Shown piece by piece: positions 24,938 through 35,379 of a stretch of DNA of 64,000 nucleotides. Each line of letters begins with the position of its first letter. Position 1 is the stretch's first letter. Below the pieces are notes generated by a model. That model searched no databases. It worked only from the letters and a program-made list of their open reading frames with translations, and had not been told where the DNA came from. The translations under genes were made by a program, and so were the position numbers. The stretch lies in assembly GCA_051294375.1 (NCBI GenBank), contig CM119271.1, positions 13,451,515 through 13,515,514 on the forward strand, in the 5' to 3' direction. This stretch comes from Paraspadella gotoi. Taxonomy: Eukaryota > Animalia > Chaetognatha.

Positions 24938-25859
24938 AGAGGAGAGAGAGAGAGAGAGAGAGAGAGAAGATAACAAAGACACAATGAAGACTCCGCGTCG
25001 CCAGTGCTAACGACGATAACACGAGACGGACGGACGATAACAACGACGACGAGACGACGACTATAAAAATAAAGGAGAAAATGAAGAAACGAAGCGACAA
25101 AGAGATTGGACGAAAAAAGGCGCCATCTTGAATTGGAAAAAAAAAGTCGGATTTGAATGAAAACAAAGAAATGAAAGGCCTATGTATGAGTAATGAGTAT
25201 GAGTATGAGAATGAAGTATGAGTATGAGATGGGTTAGAATGAAAAAAACGAGCAAAAAAATATAAAAAAATAATGAAGTACAATACTATACAGTATTTTC
25301 CGATATGGCGTTTTGAGGGAGCGGTATTAATCGATGAATTGTTTATTGAAAGTTGAATCATCAATGAAATTGATTAGTTCAATTGAAATTTTATTAATAA
25401 GAATCCAGTTATTATGACTAGACTCTTGATTGAACTTTAGGATCGGCTTTGCTATTATCTTGTAACAGGATATCACGTAATAGTTCTAGCAAAAGGCTGA
25501 CATGAGGTCGCCGAAAAAAGGATCCAAAATTAAAACGTAATCGACGAAAAAGTTTCCAAGATTAGAAAATTGAGAGACGCGACGTGAAGCTGAAAGAAGA
25601 AAATAAATGAGGGAAGAAAATCGGAATCTTAGAGTACAAAGTTCTCGCTGGCCAAAAAAAAATTTTGAGTAAAACAGTATTATGTGCATTATGTAACTCA
25701 ATTGATCACTATTCATTATAAAATTGTTATACATTAGCTTATAATTAATGTTTCTTTAATTACCTAAGTTTTTTTTTATCAATAACATATTGTAAAATAT
25801 TTTTAAATAAATTTAAAATAAAAACGCAACCCGCGGGCTAGAAAAACCCTGTGCTCTCT

Positions 25860-25894
<35 letters not shown>

Positions 25895-26930
25895 CACTCT
25901 CTCTCTCTCTTCTCTCTCTCCTCTCTCTCTCCCTCTCTTCTCTCTCCTCTCTCAGTTCGCGGGTTGCGTTTTTATTTTAAATTTTATTTAAAAAATATTT
26001 TTACCAAATATGTTATTGAAATAAAAAAAACTTAGGTTAATTAAAGAAACATTAAATTATAAGCTAATGTATAACAATTTTTATAATGAATAGTTGATCA
26101 ATTAGAGTTACAATTAATGCACATAATACTGTTTTACTCAAATATTTTTTTTTGGCCAGCGAGACTTTGTAACGCCATAAAGATTTCCCGATTTTCTTCC
26201 CTCATTTATTTTCTTCTTTCAGGCTTCAACGTCGCGTCTCTCAATTTTCTAATCTTGGAAACTTTTTCGTCGATTCGTTTTAATTTTGGATCCTTTTTTC
26301 GGCGACTCATGTCATCCCTAATTTGCTAGAACTAATTACGTCGAATATCCCTGTGACAAGATAATAGCAAAGCCGGATCCTGAAAGTTTTCAATCAAGAG
26401 TCTAGTCTATAATAACTGGATTCTCTATTAATAAAATTTCAATTGAACTAATCAATTTCATTGATGATTCAACTTTCAATAAACAATTTCAATCGTATTT
26501 AAGTACCGCTCCCTCAAAACGTCATATCGGAAAATACTGTATAGTATTGTACTTCATTATTTTTTTTTATCATTTTTTTGCTCGTTTTTTTCATTCTACC
26601 CATCTCATACTCATACTCATTCTCATACTCATACTCAATTACTCATACTCATAGGCCTTTCATTTCTTTTGTTTTCAATTCAAATTCCCGAGCCTTTTTT
26701 TTTTCCAATTTCAAGATGGCGCCTTTTCTCGTCAAATCTCTTTGTCGCTTCGATTTCTTCATTTTTCATCCTTTATTTTTATAGTCGTCGTCGTCGTCGT
26801 CGTTGTTATCGTCGTCGTCGTCATCGTTGTTATCGTCGTTATCGCATGGCGACGCGGAGTCTCTCTCTCTCATTGTGTCTTTGTTGTTTCTTCTCGTCTC
26901 TCTCTCTCTCTCTCTCATCCTCTCTCTTCT

Positions 26931-26968
<38 letters not shown>
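24893..26968. repeat. ~1-kb inverted duplication (arms 24893-25835 and 25958-26968) around a (CT)n spacer
   Basis: AAAACGCAACCCGCG (25821) pairs with CGCGGGTTGCGTTTT (25958). GGCGCCATCTTGAA (25119) pairs with TTCAAGATGGCGCC (26710). Confidence 0.92.
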
Positions 26969-26970
<2 letters not shown>

Positions 26971-27317
26971 CTACTCTAACGAGGTGAATAATCAATTAAG
27001 AAAACAAGGAGAAAATGATGAGGATTGAAGAATCGAAATGAAAATTCACCAATATTATATGTATATTGTATAATGTTACATGTGATAATCCTTTCTTTTC
27101 GTTGTTATTTAATATTTAGAGAAAACAAAGTGTTTTTGAATTTGTGACAACGATTTATTTTAATAGACGGACATGTTTCGACTCTTTGGGTGAAGACTCG
27201 AACCCAATGTTCAAATTCAAATTTGCAAAGCCTAGCATGAAAATTGACAAAATTATATATTTATTTATTTATTTATTACATATATTTACTTGACAATACC
27301 ATAGAGCTCCTTCTATA

Positions 27318-27448
27318 ATTTTATGAAATTGGTACAACCAATATAAAATTTATCCATTCATTTAATAAATAAGCTATCTTGCCCCTGACTTTGACTTTGA
27401 CTTTGACTTGGGTGGTTTAAGGCCTCCATCACACTTACAAGATAATTA
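27318..27448 (-). mobile_element. dispersed repeat family A, truncated copy
   Basis: Keeps the TTTATGAAATTGGTACAACCAAT end and has an internal (TGACTT)4 expansion. Confidence 0.8.
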
Positions 27449-27849
27449 TATTATAGAAAATACTTTGAATGGATAAACAGTTGACTGATTTAAATATCCA
27501 TTATATACAAATCGAGCTAAATGGAATCGTTTAATTGAAATAATTTCATCAGTTTATTTAATTGTTTTAATCAAACGATTCTTTGATCTGTTTTTAATCA
27601 ATGATTTTGACATTTGTCGACGGGAATTCGAGCATAAGCCGTCGTCGTCGTCGTCGTCGTCGTCGTTGCTTGGCGACGAGACGCGCGTTCGGATTATAGT
27701 GGAAAGAGGATTGTGGCTAAGAGTGAAGACGTCGTTAAAGAGTGGCAAGGTAAGTTAATGTTAAGCAAGGAGTGAAAGAGTGAGGCATTTACGTAACGGC
27801 ATTAATGAAGTATGAAGGGTACTGTTTTACTGTGGACGCGGCAGCTACC

Positions 27850-28002
27850 AATTGCGCTGAAGACTACTCCCCGTAACCTCTTAAGCCCACTAGCAAGGGA
27901 TGCACCAGGTCCTGGGCTTGGAACCAGGCTTGAGGGTTTTCCAGGTCCCGGGTACCTAAAGGTCATGATCCGATGGTTTTACTCAATGAGCCACCTTGTT
28001 AC
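27850..28002 (-). mobile_element. tRNA-derived SINE copy with internal deletion
   Basis: Reverse complement reads GGTGGCTCATTGAGTAAAACCATC...TGGAAAACCCTCAAGCCTGGTTCCAAGCCCAGGACC...GTTACGGGGAGTAGTCTTCAGC. Noisy duplicate at ~41580-41770. Confidence 0.75.
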
Positions 28003-29019
28003 AACCGCTTCAGTACATCAGGCAGTGGACTCGTGGTGGTTTTATTGGCGGTGGTTACGGCGACNNNNNNNNNNNNNNNNNNNNNNNNNNNNNNNNNNNN
28101 NNNNNNNNNNNNNNNNNNNNNNNNNNNNNNNNNNNNNNNNNNNNNNNNNNNNNNNNNNNNNNNNNNNNNNNNNNNNNNNNNNNNNNNNNNNNNNNNNNNN
28201 NNNNNNNNNNNNNNNNNNNNNNNNNNNNNNNNNNNNNNNNNNNNNNNNNNNNNNNNNNNNNNNNNNNNNNNNNNNNNNNNNNNNNNNNNNNNNNNNNNNN
28301 NNNNNNNNNNNNNNNNNNNNNNNNNNNNNNNNNNNNNNNNNNNNNNNNNNNNNNNNNNNNNNNNNNNNNNNNNNNNNNNNNNNNNNNNNNNNNNNNNNNN
28401 NNNNNNNNNNNNNNNNNNNNNNNNNNNNNNNNNNNNNNNNNNNNNNNNNNNNNNNNNNNNNNNNNNNNNNNNNNNNNNNNNNNNNNNNNNNNNNNNNNNN
28501 NNNNNNNNNNNNNNNNNNNNNNNNNNNNNNNNNNNNNNNNNNNNNNNNNNNNNNNNNNNNNNNNNNNNNNNNNNNNNNNNNNNNNNNNNNNNNNNNNNNN
28601 NNAGAGGTGAGAAATTGTACACGCTGTACGTTGTACAATGTTGTACAATGTACATTGTACAGGTGAGGATTGGTAAGGTGGTAAATGGAACGGCGGCGGC
28701 GGCGGCGGCGGCTGCGGCTGAAATGAGAGATGATTGAGGCGGGCGGCGGAACGGAGCGGGGAAAAAAAGGGGGCGTGGCGATCTGCGACGTCTGCCACGT
28801 CGCGCGTCTCGTTCGTTCGTGCGTTTGGCGTCGACGACAGGAAAAGAAATTCCCGCCAAGAATTTATTGGCTGCGCCGCGGCGACGCTGCGCCGGTGACG
28901 CTGAGTCGGCGACGACGAAGACGAAGACCGAAAGACTTTCATTTTTTGTTTTGGTTCTCTTTTCCAAAAGCGTTCCATTTCTGTTTATACTAATGTGTTA
29001 ATAAACCCATAACCCGATC

Positions 29020-29335
29020 CTAAATCCTAATTCCTAGCCTTCATCCCTTAACCCTAACCTAATTCCTAACCTTCATCCCTTAACACTAACCTTCATCCCT
29101 TAACTCTAACCTAATTACTAACCTTCATCCCTTAACCCTAACCTAATTCCTAACCTTCATCCCTTAACCCTAACCTAATTCCTAACCTTCATCCCTTTAC
29201 CCTAACCTAATTACTAACTTTCATCCCTTCACCCTAACCTAATTACTAACCTTCATCCCTTAACCCTAAAATTCCTAACCTTCGTCCCTTAACTCTAACC
29301 TAATTTCTAACCTTCATCCCTTAACCCTAAAACTA
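29020..29335. repeat. 32-bp telomere-like minisatellite CCTTCATCCCTTAACCCTAACCTAATTCCTAA, ~10 units
   Basis: Direct reading. Each unit contains both CCCTAA and CCTAA words. Confidence 0.92.
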
Positions 29336-29946
29336 ATTATACATTGAATACGACCATAGCAAATGGTTTCCCCACGCTTGTGTTGTTTATGTTAATGTTT
29401 ATCTCTATGATAATGATAATGTAAGATGCTTGTTCAACTTGTAAGCTCATTCGCCCTCGGTGAGGGGACTTTCTATCTGTGATACTTTTTTTATATCTCC
29501 CGATTATCATTGTGACATTTTTCTTATTTCGTTTGACTTCTTTTTTTTTTGGCAAAAAGTCGCAACGAATTCTGGCGTCAAATCAAAATCGCGTTCAATC
29601 AGCTGGAATTGCAATCAAAATCGCGTTCAATCAGCTGGAATTGCAATTTTATTGAGAAAAAAGTTTATATCTGTGACAAAAGTGATAAAAAGTGATAAAA
29701 GTGATAAAAAGTTATATAAGTGACGAAAAGTAATCTCATTGATAGTATTACTAATTATCCATGAACCCAAAATAATTTACATGATCCAAAGAAGAAAATC
29801 AAGTTGTTTAAAAGAACGTCTCTATTATTAGTAACTTCAATCAAAAAAGTAAAATCTTAAACGAGGTTTCCTTTCGTAAAATGTTGTTAAGCCATTGTGA
29901 TTATAATCACTGAAATGCGCTTTTAGATAATTGGTTCAAGAAAGAA

Positions 29947-29978
<32 letters not shown>

Positions 29979-30003
29979 NNNNNNNNNNNNNNNNNNNNNN
30001 NNN

Positions 30004-30291
30004 AACAGATCCCAACAACCCAACTCTTCACTCGGTATCATCTACTCTATACCTCAAGTAACCTCTATTATGATATTATCCACTCACACAATTGATGTCC
30101 GTTCCGTCGTCCGTGACCCGTCGCATCGTTCGCCGCCCGCCGTTCCGCACCCGCCCACGCTTACGCATCCACACACAAATTGCCTCGAGATTCGAGTAAC
30201 CGATCCTCATCAACCTAATAAAATATTTTATATCAGAAGATATCACAGAAGAAAAAGAGGACTACAATGAAGTAGATTGTTATGTATTAAT

Positions 30292-30327
<36 letters not shown>

Positions 30328-30600
30328 ATAAAAACATAAACAATCTACTTCATTGTAGTCCTCTTTTTCTTCTTGTGATATCTTCTGATATAAAATATTT
30401 ATTATATATATCGGTTTATTACTCGAATCTCGAGCAATTGTAGTTTAATGCTAAGGTGGGACGGTGGAACGGACGGACGGACGAACGGACGGACGGACGG
30501 ACGGACGGACGGACATCAATTTTTAGCATAATTTATCATAATTAGAGGTTCTGATATAATAATGATTTACCGATAAGATTTTTGGGTGGGACCGACGAAC
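30004..30600. repeat. ~290-bp inverted duplication around (GA)n, next to a 25-N gap
   Basis: ATATCAGAAGATATCACAGAAGAAAAAGAGGACTACAATGAAGTAGATTG (~30230-30280) is mirrored at ~30340-30392. Confidence 0.85.
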
Positions 30601-30658
30601 CGGCAAAGTGAATTATAGAGTCGGAATCTACTGATTTAAGCAGATGCGACTAAAAAAA
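30326..30658 (-). mobile_element. HINE-family 5' portion
   Basis: Minus strand reads TTTTTAGTCGCATCTGCT..AGTAGATTCCGACTCTATAATTCACTTTG and then (GTCC)n (GGAC repeats at 30470-30514). Homologous to 10240-10331. Confidence 0.75.
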
Positions 30659-30714
30659 ATATTTACAAAATTCTTTACTTCGTTAGCTAATTATATAATA
30701 TATACATTTAAATT

Positions 30715-30756
30715 ATCGTGTGCAGATCCGACGTTTTACGCTCAAAATAGTTTTTT
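30715..30756 (+). mobile_element. isolated HINE-family 3' terminus
   Basis: ATCGTGTGCAGATCCGACGTTTTACGCTCAAAATAGTTTTT resembles the 3' end of the 9635 element. Confidence 0.6.
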
Positions 30757-31016
30757 AGCTCCCTCTCCCTGTCTCTCTCTCTCTCACTCTGATAACGGGC
30801 ATTTTTTTCCCTGTCGGATGAAACATCCCCCCCCCCGGCACAAACAACCCCGACGCGCGATCTCTTCTCTTTCTTCGTCTCCTCCTCTCTCTCTTCTCTC
30901 TCTGCTCCCTACTCTCTATCTTGCATCTTTATTATCTTCCGAAGACCCGGCATCATTTTTGTTCTCTTTTTCACAGCCTTTTCTAGATTTGCAGTAGAAA
31001 AATTAGCAATCGTGCT

Positions 31017-31344
31017 CATCGCAGAGGAATCAAGACTGTCTAGATCGAAATCGTGTCAACGACTAGTAAGCAGAAAAGGCCACCAAGAGAAGAATGGAAC
31101 ATTGTCATTGGCCAAAGATATAAAAGAAACAAATTGCACCGGGGGCCAATGGCACTGATGGGTTTCTTCCGCCTCGCTAAATTTCCCATGCTTCTGTTGA
31201 ACGATATTTAAAAGAGGAATCAGAATACTTGTATGTATCACCGCCCCAAAAATTGACACCGTTTGTGCTATTTAACGTCTTATTTCTGAAGAAATTAAAA
31301 TCCACTTTTGGTTTCGCCTAGAAAATCCCTGTCTTACTTATATT
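31017..31344 (+). repeat. 5' LTR
   Basis: Collinear with 40301-40606 (CATCGCAG..., GCCCCAAAAATTGACACCGTTT, TATTTCTGAAGAAAT, AATCCCTGTCT). Confidence 0.88.
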
Positions 31345-31373
31345 TGGGTGACAGGATTAGTGATTCGATCACC
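31345..31373 (+). promoter_or_regulatory. putative primer-binding site, tRNA-Leu-like
   Basis: TGGGTGACAGGATTAGTGATTCGA immediately after the LTR resembles the complement of a metazoan tRNA-Leu(CAG) 3' end (TGGTGTCAGGAGTGGGATTCGA), with indels. tRNA sequence recalled, not searched. Confidence 0.5.
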
Positions 31374-34244
31374 GACGGTCTCCACGAAGAAGAACCAGCC
31401 TTACCCCACCAAGAACCACGCCACCCTTTAAAAGAAGATGGACGCAAATCCGCCCCCCGCCGCTAGCTAGCCCACAATAACCGGCCGCCAAGGCCAGGAT
31501 GGGAAAAAAGCGGCCCAGAGGCGACGCCGCCAACGAGCAGCCGCTCGGTGGAGCAAAGACGTAGCCAGCACTTTATTAACAGCCGACCTTTTCGAGTTCC
31601 ATACTTCGAACTCCAGTGGTACCTTGCAGCAACCTGGCAACTGAGCAGCAGGTTACCCTCCAAGTGCTCAAGATTAATCAACGACCGTCAATCTTGCACA
31701 AACAGACAAGAAATCGCCGTCCTCAAGGGTAGGTAAATGACTGTTTAAGCCAACTTTGGGAAACAAAAATGGTACGGACCATCCGTGGGCAATTTGATGA
31801 AGGAGATGGAATGACCCAGCGAGTTTAGCAACAACAACAACCAACGGGACGTTACAACGGGAGTTTTCTAGCAACTGAATCAACAACCAACGGGACGTCA
31901 ACGGGGAACATCTACCACAGGCTCCTATGTTTCGGGGATTATATAATCTTTCCGCGGCAAACCAACTCGTCCAGACCAACCCGTGACTGTATGGACAGAC
32001 CATCAGGTTGAAACTTTTGTCAGAATCCTTCGAGATTGAAACACATCTGAAAGCGGGAGAAGCGACCGCCTCGTACACCTCGCTCCGAAAGCCCATCGAA
32101 CTTGGAAAGAGAAGATCCGTAACAGTCCCCAGTCGACTTCCTCAGAAGCCTTTTACGGAGGCCGTTCAAGGACTCCCCGAACAACCGACAAGGACTTGAC
32201 CAACCGAGTTTACGTGCCCTCCTCGCTAGGGGACAAGGGTCGCCAGCCGGTACTTTCGAGCCCATCTAAATCAATCTATTGTGGCCTTCGGCCTGATAGG
32301 GGCGTTGCTTCTGGCGAGGGGGCCTCCCCCTAAGCATCGCCGAAAGCCTCCACTGAAGCGAAGACTCGAGGTAGCATCCGCTTATTCACGCCAAAATTTT
32401 ACGGGCTAGCTCTCCGATCAACGCTGCCCAAAGCGAAAAATTCTTGAATGGCCGTATGTCTCAGTCGGAAAAGGATCAGGCTTCCATCCCCGACTACGCT
32501 CGCCAAATGCTCGTAGTAAGCCCTCGACACCTTACGCTCGCCCGGGACAATTCACGTCGGGAAACTCTTGAATGGACGACATATGGCATTCGAACACGGT
32601 GAAACCCGTCACCTTGGAAAGGCGAAGAATTATAAATTGGGTTACCTCAAGAAAACTAACCGACGCACCGTCAGGGAAAGTCGTTAAAAACTGTCTTCGG
32701 AGGACGACCCAGGTAAGTTTAGTCACACGCCCATGAGCAAAGGGACAGGACTGGACAAAGGACCCGCAATGCTTAGCGCATTGGATTCTACCAAGGCTCA
32801 ATGTTACAAGAGATGAAAATAACATTGAGCGGACGATAATGAAGAGATGCGGTCAAGGAGAGCTGCGGACGTAAGCGGACGCGCAACACTCGATCGCCGA
32901 TGGAGGCTCTCCTCCGATCGGAGGAGGATCGCTGGTCGATCGACGAGACTCGACGCCGAGTCCCAACAAGGGATCAGGAGAGAGAATGGAAATCGTTCGA
33001 AAAAACCGCGAATATATGGGAAACAATGACCAAAAAAGCCAAGTTTGGAGTCATGTGACGATAGGATAGGCGGAGGAAGTAACAAAAAATTTTGGAAGAA
33101 AGGAGGAGATATGGTAGACTCAACCCATGCTGTTGATATTTGACTCTGCTCTGATTTTTCGATGGATAACAACAAACGAATTCTCTTTACCAACCCTGTC
33201 AAGAAACAATCTAGATAAAAGCCGAGTAGGGGCCGGAGTGTGAGTGCAAGTTGATAACAAAAGAACAACAACAACAGCTAAAAGATTCCTACAAAAGAAC
33301 TGTTCTGTAAAGTTAATGTCGCATTGTTATTAAAACAGAAAATGTCGGCCTCCAACCTCACGGGAAAAAGTAAAAGCTCTTGCTAATACTGCGAATAGTG
33401 CTAATGAGGGATAAAATCGACAGCGGCAACGGGAATGGGTATAACTATAAGACCTCTGGACGCCAACGAACTTGCCCTCGCAAACCAAGTTTCTACACAA
33501 GATGGGATGGGCAAGAATGGCCGCTCCTCAACAGACACAGCAGGAGAAACAAAAGGCCATCATTTCGATGACTCGAAAGCTTGTGCTAGTTAGATGAGGA
33601 GAGCAAAGCGATAATGGACGATGTACAAATCAGTTATGAATCAAACCAACCACATTATCAACCAACGCAGTCGACCAGTCAACCGGCCTCGACCAAACAC
33701 GGAGTCAACCAAGACTGACCAACTCCGAGGCCACTTCACTCCACCGTTCGATCATCAACCAGTCAATGGCCCGATCGACCAACTTCGGACCAAGTCAGTC
33801 AGGGTCTCTCGATACTCTCCCTATCGCCTACCCACACCCGCAGCAAAAACAAAAGAACAGGCCGAACCCGGCCAAAACGTAGTGAGAGACTTGCCTAAGG
33901 GAAATTTACGGACCCAGCCGGTACGCAAAAACATCCTACCTAATAAGCATAATAAGCCGAGCGAAACAACAGGGGATATCTCTCCACCAGGCAACGATCA
34001 GCACGATAGAATTTGAATGTCACCAACCTCGGATTTTCCCTCCTGAAAAAGCAAAGCCAGGAAACTCACCGAGCTTCGGATCGGATGAAATGGACATGCC
34101 CGGCCTGCCCCGAAAACGATAACCAAACACGAGTGCAGAAGGGACCTGGACCTAAACCTTAGCGGAATGACCACAGACTTTGCCTTGTCACACATGGTTA
34201 GAACAGCTACATTCCAAGCAGTTAATCGCTGGAGCACCCCGCCA

Positions 34245-34495
34245 GCTGCTTATACGATGTACGGGCCCGCGCTCGATCAACACTACCAAGAAATTCGTTT
34301 GAGAAATGGGGACTGAACAAGTCATGTCTACCACCGCGAGCGCCTCTGCGCTTATCAACGGGCCACCGGGACGATCACTTTGAACGGGACAAGGATAGAA
34401 CCTCAGATTAATGTTCCAAACTGGGTTCTGACAAACAGTTTTTTATGTCTCAGCCGGACCGGAAAATCGACCAAGACATAATCATCGGAACCGCA
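34245..34495 (+). pseudogene. pol: retropepsin (aspartic protease) remnant
   Basis: C-terminal DIIIG motif in ORF 34445 (KIDQDIIIGT). An LLIDTG active site can be rebuilt at ~34246-34266 only by removing 3 inserted bases. Confidence 0.5.
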
Positions 34496-35379
34496 CGGTT
34501 TCACCAAAAGAAAAAACCAGGCCCACCCCAAATCAGCTCTGGGGTTAGGTATGCAAACCATCTTGACCAAAAGGAAAACAGACCCTGCAAATTCCGGCCT
34601 CAATGGACCAACAGCCATTACCACACCTTAGTTCCCGGAAACAAATATGAGGCCGGCTAAGGCCGGCAAGATGTGGCTCCGGCGCGGAATCATATAGGAG
34701 TATCCAATGCGTGGGGCACTTCTGGCCCTACTCGGAGTGACTACAGTTATCCCACTCAGGATCCGTATATCGCTCGCACCGCCTTTCTTCGCCCGCCGCC
34801 ATCTTTCTCAATGCCGGCCATCTCCCCTATTTGCCGGACTGCCGCATTGGGGAACATCGATGAAAACAAACCACCCTTACCCATACATGCCGAAGCAAGG
34901 ACGGAAGAAATGGCAGAACCAGGGTGGGTAACTCCCCACAGCAAAACGGCTTTTGGGCCCTTGACCGGACGAGGTGATTTCATCGAAGCAAAAAACCGAT
35001 GACAAACTTGCTCTCGCAGCGCTGCTCTCTTGTATCAGCAAGGAGGGTAAATCGAACTTTGATGCCAAACCGGCTACTTGGAACAGCACGGCCCCTCTCA
35101 TCAACAACAAGGCAACTCCATGCTACCCTTGAGCACCGATGCCACGGGCCAACCCGGTAAAGCGTGTACCTGTCATGGGAGGAACCTATTCTCTAGGAAG
35201 GTCCGAACGAGGATCACATCCCAGCCACGGACCAATAATACATCACAAAGCCAAGTGCCTGAAGAACTTAAGCAGTCCGGGCATTTGCCCGCCAAAGGGA
35301 AAACAGGAAGCAGTGACGAGCGGCGACGGGCGAATAAGAGCTTTTCTAGAAAACCATTTTCAAAGACGTCCGACCCCAA

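Noticed and set aside
29020-29335. True telomere or chromosome fusion site
   Set aside because: A composite 32-bp unit in a single orientation, with no pure hexamer or pentamer array.
34090-34140. Gag zinc knuckle (CPAC...HEC)
   Set aside because: The position before the protease fits, but it needs frameshifts and the spacing does not match CX2CX4HX4C.
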